A stretch of 64,000 nucleotides of DNA from Psammoneis japonica (Eukaryota), in NCBI GenBank assembly GCA_008632985.1, contig QPGO01000136.1:1-64000 (forward strand), read 5' to 3'. Position numbers and translations under genes: made by a program. Shown one piece after another: positions 23,277 through 34,624 of this stretch (within the stretch, counting starts at the first letter, position 1; each line of letters begins with the position of its first letter). Below the pieces are notes generated by a model, which saw only the letters and a list, made by a program, of their open reading frames with translations, made no database searches and was not told where the DNA came from.

Positions 23277-25439
23277 ATGCGTAGAGAAAAACCGTCGAGG
23301 AAAAGCCGAGGCCTGGGGACTCTGTCAGCTTTCTTATTGCTGGCCATTGGATGCTCCCACCCGACCACTGCTTTCTTGCCATCAGCTCGTTTCCGATCGG
23401 CCGGATTGTCTCCTAAACATGCAGTGTTGTTGCCGTCCAAACAAAACGACGACGTTGATGCAATAACGTTTGAAGAGGATGAGGCAAAAGCGTTGCTGCC
23501 AAAGAACAAACAATCGGCTTTGCGAACGGCCCTCCGAGAGTATCGGACCTTTCAAGCAAATTCAAAACGCCAACCTCCCTACTGGGTGTTTACCAATGCT
23601 TCCCTGGAGGGAATTCTAGAGTTCTTACCCCAAACCAAACAAGAACTATTGGATGTGAAAGGAATTGGACCCAAGAAGGTTGAAAAGTTTGGGGACGACA
23701 TTGTGGAACTAGTTGCACGCTACGGGGGCAGCCATGGAGTCAGGGAATCTGCGTCCAAACGTCAAAAGCTTTTGCCAGAAGTCTCCAAAATAGATCCAGC
23801 CACAGGAATGACATTATCAAAGAACAAACAATCGGCTTTGCGAACGGCCCTCTTGGAGTATCGGGCCATTCAAGCAAATTCAAAACTCCAACGTCCCCAA
23901 TCGGTGTTTACCAACGCTTCCCTGGAGGGAATTCTAGAGCTCTTACCCCAATCCAAACAAGAACTATTGGGTGTGAACGGAATTGGACCCAAGAAGGTTG
24001 AAAAGTTTGGGGACGACATTCTGGAATTAGTTGCACGCTACGGGGGCAGCCATGGAGTCAGGGAATCTGCGTCCAAACGTCGAAAGCTTTTGCCAGAAGT
24101 CTCCAAAATAGATCCAGCCACACTATCCAAGGAACAGCGCCGAGCGGCCGACTTGGCCTTGGGAAGCGATTCACGTCTATTTATTACGGGAGCTGCCGGA
24201 ACGGGTAAATCGCACGTTTTGAAATATATTTTGCAAGAGCTACAGGCACATGAGATTTCGTTTGGGGTGTGCGCGCCCACGGGAGTGGCGGCTATTCACG
24301 TGGGAGGCACCACGTTGCATTCCTTCTTTGGAATTGGCTTGGGTGAAGGGTCCATCTCAAAACTAGTAACAAAAGTAAAAGTCAACAACAAAGCCCAAAA
24401 GCGCATTGACGAGACGGAGGTTCTCTGGATCGACGAGTGTTCCATGCTGTCCGCCAAACTCTTGGAGACACTGGATGCTGTAGTGAGAGAGGTGCGACAA
24501 GGGGGCAAATTCCGTGACCAACCTTTTGGCGGGATGCGCATTTGTGCAGTCGGGGATTTCTTCCAGCTACCTCCGGTGTATCGCGGCGACTCCGACTGGC
24601 GGCCGTTTTGTTTCGAGAGTCCCGTATGGTCGCAACTGGGCTTAGCTGACCATAAAGTCGAACTTAAAGAGGTCCTTCGGCAGGGCAATAGAAAATTTGT
24701 CCAATTTCTGAACATGGTGCGAATCGGTAACATGAATGAACGCATCCTTGGAGATCTGAACGCCAAGTGCTTGCTGGGTGAAGCACGTAAGCTGCCTACG
24801 GACGGGATCGTTCCGACGCGTCTGTACGTGCTCAATGCAGACGTTGATGCAGAGAATGAATCACGCTTGGCCAAGTTGAAGGGCAAAGAGATGATCTGCA
24901 TGGCAAATGATGAGTGGAGGCAGAGTGTGCCCATTGGAACTCCAGCATCTACGAAGAAAAAAATGATAGAGAGCATAGAAAAAGAAATGCCCGATGAGGT
25001 ACGACTAAAGGTTGGCGCGCAGGTCATGTTGACCCGCAACAAGAGTCTGGGGCGACAGCTTGTCAATGGTTCAAGAGGGATTGTGGAACGCTTTGTAACA
25101 GATGCAGAGGGGGGTCCCATCCCCATTGTTCGATTTGACTGTGGAATTGTAGAGAAAGTTGGAAAGGTTGAAGCCGCACGATACAATCCAGATGGCGGAG
25201 AAGGATGTTTGGTTCGGAGTCAGGTGCCGCTGAAATTGGCTTGGGCTATGACGGTTCACAAGAGTCAAGGATCCACGTTATCACGAGCTTTGCTCAATCT
25301 CTCGTTGTGCTTTGAATACGGGCAAATGTATGTCGCGTTGAGCCGTGTGAAAAGCCTGGACGGGCTTTGGCTGGAACAACCGGCTCGGCTAAGTAATCTG
25401 ATGGTCAGTCCTCAGGTAGTTGAATTCTATAATCAATAG
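23277..25439 (+). CDS. PIF1: PIF1-family 5'-3' DNA helicase with two N-terminal HRDC domains and a plastid-like presequence
   Basis: Motifs GAAGTGKS, APTGVAA, TLHSFFGIG, IDECSM, GDFFQLPPV, LKVGAQVML..N, LAWAMTVHKSQG and GQMYVALSRV. Two copies of the HRDC motif VFTNASLEGI..LPQ.KQELL.V.GIGPKKVEKFG. The ORF is open from 23184; the ATG at 23277 was chosen. Confidence 0.92.
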   Translation: MRREKPSRKSRGLGTLSAFLLLAIGCSHPTTAFLPSARFRSAGLSPKHAVLLPSKQNDDVDAITFEEDEAKALLPKNKQSALRTALREYRTFQANSKRQPPYWVFTNASLEGILEFLPQTKQELLDVKGIGPKKVEKFGDDIVELVARYGGSHGVRESASKRQKLLPEVSKIDPATGMTLSKNKQSALRTALLEYRAIQANSKLQRPQSVFTNASLEGILELLPQSKQELLGVNGIGPKKVEKFGDDILELVARYGGSHGVRESASKRRKLLPEVSKIDPATLSKEQRRAADLALGSDSRLFITGAAGTGKSHVLKYILQELQAHEISFGVCAPTGVAAIHVGGTTLHSFFGIGLGEGSISKLVTKVKVNNKAQKRIDETEVLWIDECSMLSAKLLETLDAVVREVRQGGKFRDQPFGGMRICAVGDFFQLPPVYRGDSDWRPFCFESPVWSQLGLADHKVELKEVLRQGNRKFVQFLNMVRIGNMNERILGDLNAKCLLGEARKLPTDGIVPTRLYVLNADVDAENESRLAKLKGKEMICMANDEWRQSVPIGTPASTKKKMIESIEKEMPDEVRLKVGAQVMLTRNKSLGRQLVNGSRGIVERFVTDAEGGPIPIVRFDCGIVEKVGKVEAARYNPDGGEGCLVRSQVPLKLAWAMTVHKSQGSTLSRALLNLSLCFEYGQMYVALSRVKSLDGLWLEQPARLSNLMVSPQVVEFYNQ
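23502..24122 (+). repeat. Recent in-frame tandem duplication (318-nt period) of the HRDC module
   Basis: AAGAACAAACAATCGGCTTTGCGAACGGCCCTC at 23502 and 23820; both units end AAAATAGATCCAGCCACA. Confidence 0.92.
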
Positions 25440-26399
25440 CTCCAAATGGAGCCACCAAGAGAGAAATGGGATTCAGTGGATTGCTCTTTTGACACTGCAC
25501 CTGGACAAGTGTAATCCAAGCGTCTCCATCAGTCACTGCTGCATGGAGCCTGTCCTAACACCGCAAGATCCATTGAGATCCATTTTATGACACATTCCCA
25601 TCACCAAGTGACTGTTGCAACAAACAGTCAAGCATGCTGCCATCGAAGCAGCCAGGCGAGGGCATGTGAGTTACTGTTGTCTACGACTGTAACTACAGTA
25701 GCTGTTTCGGCGGGACGCGTGTGCAATACGACTACGAGACAGATAAAGATTATAGAGCACTACTTTGCAGTTATACGCCCTCTGATTTTGAAGATGATGA
25801 CCGTCATCAACTTTGGATGAGTTGATTCCGTGAATTAGATTTCTAACGCTCAAAGGAAACCTCGGTTGCTAAAGGAGCGGTATTAAATAGTGGCGCGGAT
25901 GAGCAGTCCGTTGTTGATCAATCCGTTCAGAGGGAAGAAGAAGAGAGGACGGGATAGCTCAGATCGCGGGCCATCCAAATTATTGACTTTAGTGACATCA
26001 ACGGTCGTTGCTTTCGTTATTTCCTGTGCCATTTCAAGTAGAAGCAGGAAGCTGTGGAGATCCGGAAATTGCAATCTTCAAACGGAGCACCATCATCGTT
26101 ACGCATATCACGGTAAAGAAAACAGCAAGCATCCTTCAGGGTGTCGACTGCCATCTCCTTCATATGTTCGGTAGCCCCTGTGTGAGCAAGGAAAACATCA
26201 GAAGGTCTAACATGGTACGGCTCCAAAGGGCGCAGTAGTTGAGCATTGAGAAGGTATGACGGCGCTGTGGGGTGTCCATAACGGGCCTGAGCAAGAATTG
26301 AGACCCGATCTCTGAATGACAGAGAACTATTGTCCGGGGTTTCGTTCTTTTCAGACGTTCTCCATTTCCTCTTCACGAGCTTACGACTCAGAATAGGGC

Positions 26400-27700
26400 C
26401 TCTCTCTCTCTCTGTCTCCCTCTCTCTTCAAGGGAGACTCTTCGGACTTCCTGAGCTTCTCAATAATAGTCCTGAGGGAAGGACGCTTTTGGGGATCCGA
26501 CCAGCACGTCACCATCGAGCCGATCAACTCGGTTTGGGGTATCAACGTCTGAATGATTCAGATCGGGTCTGTCTCCTTTCAGGATTCGCTTCATTTTCTG
26601 CTCTGCAGCCGCGGCTTCGTCCATCTTCGTCTTGCTAGTTGGTTTTACACCAGGCAACAGCATACTGGCTTCCCGAAGCCAAGTACGGTTTGTACTTGTT
26701 GATGGGATCGTATCGTACGGGTGCATTGCCTCCTGGACCAACATACTTTGCTAGACCAAAACCAGCTATTTCCAGAAGTGCCTGGGTTACACGTCATAAC
26801 ATGCCAACAGTTTTGTTCGGTGACAATACCAGCGCTGTGGACAAAAGACGACCACGAATCGGAGACTGGAACACACGTACTCGACCCAGTTTGCCTCCGA
26901 GTCAATTAACTCAAAGTTGGTATGGCGGAGCGTCACAAATTCTTCATGTCGCGTTTTTCTCAACCAAAGACAGATCGGCACAAACGTGGAAAACATGTCC
27001 TCTCTGCTTGGTTCCAATGGCGTCCACAAATCCCACGTAATTCACCATTTGGGGAATATCTCTGGATGCCAGAGCTCAGCAGGCAAATCTTTCGTGAAGA
27101 ACATGCCGCACGATGTCCTCACCCTATCCTGGAGCAGATCAACAGCCAGGAACTTAACTGCGACCCACCGCTGACCCTTGTAGCACGCCAAGTACACCTT
27201 TCCAAAGTGGCCGATCAAGGCCACAATTTGTAAAATCAGCGCCAAGAACACAGTCCTCAAAGTAGCACTCTTTGCGGCCACCGTAAGCAGAACCGGACAT
27301 CCCAATTCTTCGAAACCATTGTCGGAAAAATAGAGTTTCTCCAGAGGTACATTGACGCTTGGCACTCAGCGTTAGTTGAGAGCCACTCCAAAGTGAGAAC
27401 ACTCAGGAGAGCTTTGGCCAGTTCGCACCCGCCACTACGTTCTATCCGATTGTTCACTAGATGGAGAGTAGCAATCATTGAGGAATACAGTCTACGAGAA
27501 ACGCCTTCAACAGCAAACGAAGAAATCGAGTTGTACCAGGCATACACTTTGGTCACTCCATTAAGTGACACTTGATTCGATTCCAGCTCATGATCTGAGA
27601 GCTCCACGGTTTCTGCGTTGTAAGACTCTTCGTCCAAGGCTACTACTTTCTTACGTGCCGAGAGGAGCGTTTCTTGTAGATCACCATTCTCTAAGCCACA
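26400..27700 (-). pseudogene. Decayed LRR (RI-like) plus protein kinase gene
   Basis: LRR-like text TLHLVNNRIERSGGCELAKAL and PLEKLYFSDNGFEELG, followed by kinase I-II text IGHFGKVYLACYKGQRWVAVKFL. Fragmented over several frames; boundaries are approximate. Confidence 0.55.
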
Positions 27701-27919
27701 CAATCGTGTCGATCCATTCGATTCCCCACTACATTGAGGCTTATCGGTTTCATGTTGAGAGTGCGGAGCAAAAGCGAGGGAACTTGATTCAAAAGATGCG
27801 AAGAATGTGTTGCGAGACGAACTGGGACAATTTAAACTATAACAACGTCGTCTCTTGTTTTTCTTCTTTGTTCAAGAATAGAGGGTTGCTGCAGACATCC
27901 CCGGCGTGTATATGTTTTT

Positions 27920-28725
27920 CTAACGGGCGCCGAGATTCTGACGACCCCCGTCAACGGCAATGCATTCACCCGTCAAGAATGCTGCCTTGCTTGACACCAA
28001 AAAGGCTACCAATTCGCCAATCTCTTGCGGCTGACCTACCCTCCCTAGTGCCGAAGCAATCGGATGGGTGACGGATAGACTCTTTTCCAGGAATGCCGCG
28101 TACGCGGAGTCTGACATACCGCCGGCTTTTTGTAAGTTGGTTTCAATTACACCAGGGTTGACACCATTGACTCGAATTCCGTCGGAAGCCAAATCGATGG
28201 ATGCACACCGGGTTAATTGATCCAGTGCAGCCTTGCTCATGCAGTACGTCGCGCACGAAGCAAGGACTGTTTCCCGTTGACCGATGAAATGTTGACAATC
28301 GACGCCTCACCGGGACTTGTCTTGTTTTGGCGCAAATGAGGGACTGCGTGCGTCATGATTTCAAAAGGCACTTGCGTATTTATGTGCATGTTGAAATGGT
28401 AGTTGTCGAGATTCGTTTGGGATTCGCCAATGGCGCCGCCTTGCAGAACTCCAGCGGCATTCACAAGTGTCGTTAGCGTGGAACCGTGTGTAGGGACAAG
28501 AATCCGTACGGCTTCTTCCACCACGCGCTGACATTCACCGGGTTGCGTCAAGTCCGCCACAACGTACCCTTCAAGGACCTTGGCATCTTGCAAGTCCCTC
28601 AGGGCTGTTTCATTGCGTCCGGTCCCCACGACGGCGGCTCCTTCGCGCGAGAGAACTTCACAAATCCCTTTGCCAATCCCTGACGACGCTCCACTCACGA
28701 GGCAAGTCTTACCTTTCAGCGTCAT
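27920..28725 (-). CDS. Short-chain dehydrogenase/reductase (classical SDR); one 1-bp frameshift near 28263
   Basis: Motifs LVSGASSGIG, LVNAAG, IVNISSV, catalytic YCMSK, GIRVNGVNPG..T and FLTGECIAVDGG. Confidence 0.92.
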
Positions 28726-28899
28726 ATTCGTCGTATCGCCTTTGGTTGATAATTTGGAACCGAGTTTGATGGTACCGTACCCGCAATAAGAGCGATAACT
28801 ACTTTCGTTCTTCTGGAAAGTTCCAACTGGGATAGGTACGTAGTTCCCGCAGCAGCATCCGAAGTGCGACAGTCGAATAAGTCGATTGGACGACTCAAC

Positions 28900-30397
28900 C
28901 TTTCCCGATTTGGCCAGGGATGTTTATGTCCCTGGATTTGGCATCATCAAAAACGGCATGTTGCACTTTTGATGTGTCTCGACTACATGGCAAACATCGT
29001 GGGGCTGACACATGTTTCATTTTGGGGTCTTCTTCCACCATTGTCACAAAGAGGTTGATGCATTGTTTTGGTTTCCGGGGTGGGGGGTGGTGGGGGGCTT
29101 TGGCTGTGACACACAGCACAAACAATCGCTTGCTGCCGCACCTTGACTTGTGGCTTGATTGCTTTGAAACATGGGCAACATCTGAGTGGCAGACAGAATC
29201 ACTGTGGCAAGTTCTTTCTGTGTTTTCTCATTTTAGACCATTTGAGTGCTTACAAAAGATGTTGTTTGTGTTTTGTTGCCACTTGAAAGTTGGGTTGGTC
29301 ATGTCGAGCAGCTGCTGACGGTCGGCTCTGCGATGTGCTGCATCTGTTTTTTCCTCACTTCATTTTCACCACAAAAGCACCCCCATTGAGGAGACTTTTG
29401 CTTGCTCTCACTCAGCAAGTTTGTTTGACCAAAAATTTCACAGTGTGTTGGTGGGCATGCAGCACTCTTGCTTTGCTTCCAGGGGCCTTGTGTGGCAGAG
29501 CCACACAAGGGTGCGCACAACACCAGCTTTTGACAGACAGACTCAAACAAAAAAGGTGCCCCAGTGAGCATGCTGTGCTTGGCTGAGCTTCAGAGTCATT
29601 TTGGTAAAAAAAAAACCTTCTTCCAGCCCAGGTGGGGCTGGGGGCTTCATGTCATGCTGGGTCCACAGAACTCTGCGCTCAAGCTTTGCAGCAAAACCAC
29701 TGGGCAGTGAACATGCAAGTGGCTGCCAAAAGAAAAAAGGTGATTTCACTTGACAAAAAACTCTCATGTGACAGCACAGCAGTGCAAGGCCCCACCTGGA
29801 GCATGGCATGTCAAAACTCACACACCCTGGAAGCTTCCCTTTTGTGTTTGTTTGTGAGCAGGTGTCTGATCTTCCTTGACCCTCTCTTCCTGCTCTACAA
29901 CTGTGCTGTCTTCACTGTCCAAGACATGTTTTTCCATGTCACACATCATTTTTAAAGCTGTTGGAGCAGGAGCAAGCTGCAAAGGAGGCAGGCCATCAAG
30001 TGCTTCATCCTTTTTGGGCATTTGCACCAACAGAGTGGTGCTTTCTGCATTTTCTGTGAGCAGCAAAGCAGCAGATGATGTGCTTGAGTGGCTTGTGGCT
30101 TTTGGAGTGTTTGCTGAAGCTGTGGTCACATTAGAGGCAATGAAAATGTTGCTGCAGCAACAGCTGCATTGTGCTGAGCCAAGAGCAGGCCAGCAGCAAC
30201 TCAAGTCTTGTGCGCTCTCCATTGCATGGTGTGAGCATTTGAGGCAAGAGGGGCATTTGAGGCTGCTGACAGCAAAACAGCCAGACCTGTCACCCAAAAC
30301 CCGTTGGCCAAAATTGTTGGAAAACTGGCTGGCAAGAGTTGTTGGGAAGCTGGAGAATCATCAGAAAAGAGCCAAAGCTGGCAAAAGTTGCTGGAAG
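28900..30397. other. Unclassified degenerate repeat-like DNA, depleted of TpA and CpG
   Basis: Same composition as the neighbouring transposons but no recognisable domain. Short imperfect repeats (CTGGCAAxAGTTGxTGG) occur near 30300-30397, where Copia A is cut. Confidence 0.4.
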
Positions 30398-33300
30398 AGG
30401 CATTGTTGTCTTTGCCAATGAGGGTGGCCTGTGTCTGGGGCACAAACAGCTCATTGAGAACAAATTGCAGGCACAGTGCCATCTTGCCTGCATTGGACAT
30501 GGCAATGTGCTCAGCCTCAGACAATGAGGTGGAGACCAGCATTGGTTGCACTCAGGTCTTCCATGCAAGAACAGCTGCACCAGCAAGAAGGAAAGCAGCA
30601 CCCACAACAGAGCAATGGTGGCACATGTTGACAGCCCAGTCAGAGTCCTTGCAGCCTGGAAGCTTGGTGGGAAAGGCTGCCTGTGGGGGGTTGTTGCATG
30701 CAATCATGAGGGAGGGTCAGAGGCAGGGGCAGAGGCACAAATGGCAGATGGTTGTTGGGAGTTGAGCACCAGCAGGTTAAAGCAAAATTTTCATGATTGT
30801 GCAGGTGCCTGAGCACTCATTTTACACCATTGCAGTGAGTTAAGCCAGGAGCAGAGACAAGCTGGCTGAGTTTAGCTGCAGAGAAACTGAGACCCACATG
30901 AGCAGTTGCTGTGGTGGCCCACATGAATTCACCAACAGCTTTGTGGTGGGAGAAGCCATGGAGGTGTTGCAGGGCTTTGGAGGCCTTGTTGCCTGCCAGC
31001 AGGGTTTCTTCATCTAGAGCTCTGGTGTGGGAGGCATTGCCAGGCACAGGAATGGTGGATGGATGAGGAGCTGAGTCATCAGCATGGGACTGGAGAAAGG
31101 GACAGTTGGCCAGTGTGCCCTTGACATGGGAGGTGCTGTGCAGGCAAATGCAATCACAAGTCTGTTCAACATTGCACCCATGAAACAGTTTCAACAGACT
31201 GCAGTGCTTGGCATTGTCGCCAGCGAGGTGTTGGTCCACAATGCTGCACATGCAATTGATGCATTTTGTCTGAATCAGCAGTGATGGCAAAGTCATCCAC
31301 CTGACAGAGGAAAAGGACCTCTCTTCACTGCATTGATGGCTCCACTGCAAATGCATGGCTCAGGGGTGGCAGGAGCAAGCAGCAGATGTTTTCACAGGAT
31401 GATGACATCAACATGGATGTTCCCCAGTCAAGGAGCTTTGAGGTGACCTTGAAGAGCCTTGCACACTGGCAAAATGTGATCCTCATGGGTGGGAGGGTGA
31501 CCAAGATGTTTGGTTTGCCAGCTCTGAAACACCTCATCCACACACATGCACAACATTCACTTGGGGGGCAGGGCCTCAGCAAAGGCATTGCTTGCATCTG
31601 CACCATGCACTTGTTGTTCTTCAAAACAGCAAGCTCAAAGAAGAGTCATGTGCTGGGATGCTCAACTGACACTGCACAGGTCTGATCCAAAGTTTGAACA
31701 TGACCAGAGCTGGGGCTGCCATCGCACATGCCATGAGCCTTTTTGGTGTGGGACTTGTCATTCTTGATGAGATGTGACCATGTCCCCAGTTGAACACAGT
31801 GGCACCCAGTGGAGCTGGGGCTGGAGTGCCAAACATGCTTTGGTTGTTGCACATGCCCAGCTGAAGAAATTCACTGGCTCCCCAGTCACCCCAATCCTCC
31901 TTGGTGAGGAATTTCTGGTGGGTGAGTGTGTGCATGGTTGGAATGGTGGGTTTGTTGATGGACTCCACAGTTGACATCAGATGTGGTTGGTCTAATCCAG
32001 AAAGAGTTGTGAGAGACCAGCAGAGTCAAGGGCAGGCAATGAGCAACCACGTGCAAAATGGAGCATCACAGAGTCATCAAGGGAGGCAAAGTCTGTCACA
32101 GGGTGAGAGTTGACCAAGACAAGACAGCCACACTTGAGCTCAGAATGCCATTGTGGTGTCCACACAGTGTGAGAGCTGGGGCCACAATGGCAGAGGTGAA
32201 GATGACTGCAAGCTGAATCACAGTCAAGTTTGAATCCAAACTGCAGATTTGGGTGCCCTTGGCAACAGGACATCAAAGGATCATTCGAAAGGATTGAAAG
32301 ACATGGCCACCACAGCAACTGAGTCAGAGCAGATGGGGTCTTCAGGACAAGCAAATGAAGCTGTGGCTGCACCACAATTGAGTCATGCACTGTGAAATCA
32401 CTCTCCTCAAGGGACAGGGCCTGGACAAGACAGAGAGGGGGGCTTGAGGACAAGGGTTCACCAAGTTGCAATGGGGGGCAGCCCACCCATTGTTGTGCCA
32501 ATTTTGGAGAGGGAGAGGGTGCAATCTGCTGTGTGCCCAAGTCAAACAGTGGTCGGGGTCCAGGAGGATGCACCAGTTGGGTGAAGTGAGCCTCATCAAA
32601 GATGGCATGAGCAGTGGTCTTCTTGCATCCTGAAGCAGCACCAGCATGTTGGGTGTTGCAACCCATGGCAGTGTGACCCACAAACATGCCATTGAAGATG
32701 TGGTGGTCCAGCTCAGCAGGTGGAGATCCAGGACAATGGGGGTGAATGTGTGAGAGCCAAAGGCACAAAGACATGCAAGGTCAGGGAGCTCACCCTTCCA
32801 TGCCATGCCAGATGGGGTGTTTTGTCAATCGTGGAGTGCCGACAGTGGTTCTTCAGGTGCACAGCATGTTGGAGTGCACTGGACCAACACATCACAGGAA
32901 GTCCAGAGGACTGTGGCAATGCTTGCGGCACAATGCCAAATGTTTCATTTGGGATTTCCACTTGACCATTCTGACATGGAGCATTGGAGCCAGTTCCACC
33001 ACATGTCAGTGGGAGAGACAAGCCTTTCAAAAATGTCTTCAGAGCATGCAAGTTTGCCACCTTGGTCAGTGCAGATGGCACGGTTGCCTGCTGTGCATTT
33101 GTGATGATGAAGGAAAGCATTGACAAACTCAATGGGGGGATTCTTGCTTGGTGTCAAAAACACCCATGCACAGCAAGTGCAGGCATCCATGGCAAGCAGG
33201 CAGGAGTTGCAGCCATCTCTGGGTGTTGGATGGCATGCTCAACTTGATTTTTCTTCTTGTGTTGCATCTTCATCTTTGGCTGCATGTCAGGACTGGAGGC

Positions 33301-34620
33301 ATGCATGAAGCCAAAGTCCATGTGAAAGCATGTTGCTGGGAGGAGGTGGGAGTCATCCTGAGGTGGACCCATGGGGAAGCATCAATGATGTGCATCATTG
33401 CAGACCTCACAGGACCAACAAGGGTGTGAATGAGCCTCAGCAGTTGGCAGCACTCCTTTGGCATGACAACACATGTGAGGCAGTTGCAGCCAAGATGGTG
33501 GTGCCACAGCTCACTGGTGGCTGCCCTTTTTAGAAAGTGCAGCTCTGGAGTGACACCCACAACATCCATGCACTTGGGAGGGGAGCAGCCATGATGGGCA
33601 GGAAATGGCTGGGGACATTCATGCTGTGCCCAACTTCCAGAGTCTCAGGGGCATGGACAGCAAGAGTGTGCAGGGCACAGTCAAGCTCAGAGTGAGCACT
33701 CATTGGCAAGGGGCACATTTGGGTGGAGCCAAGGCATGAACCACAGTCTGCTCACTTGCACCATTGGAAAGGAGTGCTGCAGCATCTGATTGTGATTTGC
33801 AATGGCCAGAATGCCATGACCAGTGTCCAGGCAATGACATGAGTGACATTGGCTGCACTGTTCTGTGGATGAGCAACAAAAATGATCTGGTGAAATGAGT
33901 GTCTCACCGAGACTGGGACAAAAGAACATTGGCGCAGATGATGTGTGCTGTTGGGCAGGGTGCACATTTCTGGGCAACCAAGGAGGGAATCAGAGAGTCA
34001 GCAGAAGGCAGAGATGAACATGCATCCCAGTCATCCACCCTGCTGTCATCAGCAAGTCACTCGCTGCTGTGCCAAATGAGATTTGTGGCCAGCTCAGGCA
34101 AAATCTGGGGTCACATCAGAAGCAAAGAGTTGTTGCTGCATGGCAGCATCCTCCATCACAAAATCAATGAGATCATCTGAGACATTGGCTGAAAAGGAGC
34201 AAGCAGCAGGGTGATGACAGCCTTTGTGTTGTTGGTTGTGGGATTTCCATTTTGAGATGTTGGGTGACACTTTCTCAGCATTGTTCTTGATGAAGTCTGT
34301 TGCATCCAAGCTGGTTGAGAGCAGCTGCAATGACTGTGTCCACAGGGCCCCACACACATCACACATCCTTGTGGGTTTGAAAAACCATGGGCTGTTGGTT
34401 GGGTGCAGCAGAGTGACAATCACAAGAGAGGCAGCCCCAAAAAACACTCAGGGAGCCAGGTGTGTCAGTTGGAGCGGTGAGTTTTGGATCAATCTGCATG
34501 GCAACAGACACCAGTTGCAGATTGTGGGAGAGTGGAGCCCTCTCACCAAACTCATTGAGGCAGCATTTGAGCAGCACTGTAGGTTCACACATGCCAGTGG
34601 GTGTTGCAACAAGAAATTTG
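30398..34620 (-). mobile_element. Degenerate Ty1/Copia retrotransposon A, truncated within RNase H
   Basis: Copia domain order on the minus strand: pre-integrase ELWHHHLG, integrase FHMDFGF...ICTDQGGKLA...QNGQVE..N, RT (KKAHGMCDGSP) and RNase H (STSLSEAEHIAMSNAGKMAL...KDNNAS). Confidence 0.85.
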
Positions 34621-34624
34621 AGGG

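Noticed and set aside
24296..25186. 296-aa antisense ORF inside PIF1, and similar shadow ORFs over the RAP genes
   Set aside because: These are shadows of the sense-strand coding sequence with no independent motifs.
3478..28725. Frameshifts in RAP copy 1, NO66, WDR1, the Cys-rich gene and the SDR as pseudogenisation or programmed frameshifting
   Set aside because: Those I inspected are single-base losses in short homopolymers within otherwise well-conserved genes, and there is an N at 10608. Long-read consensus error is the simpler explanation; polishing or RNA-seq would settle it.
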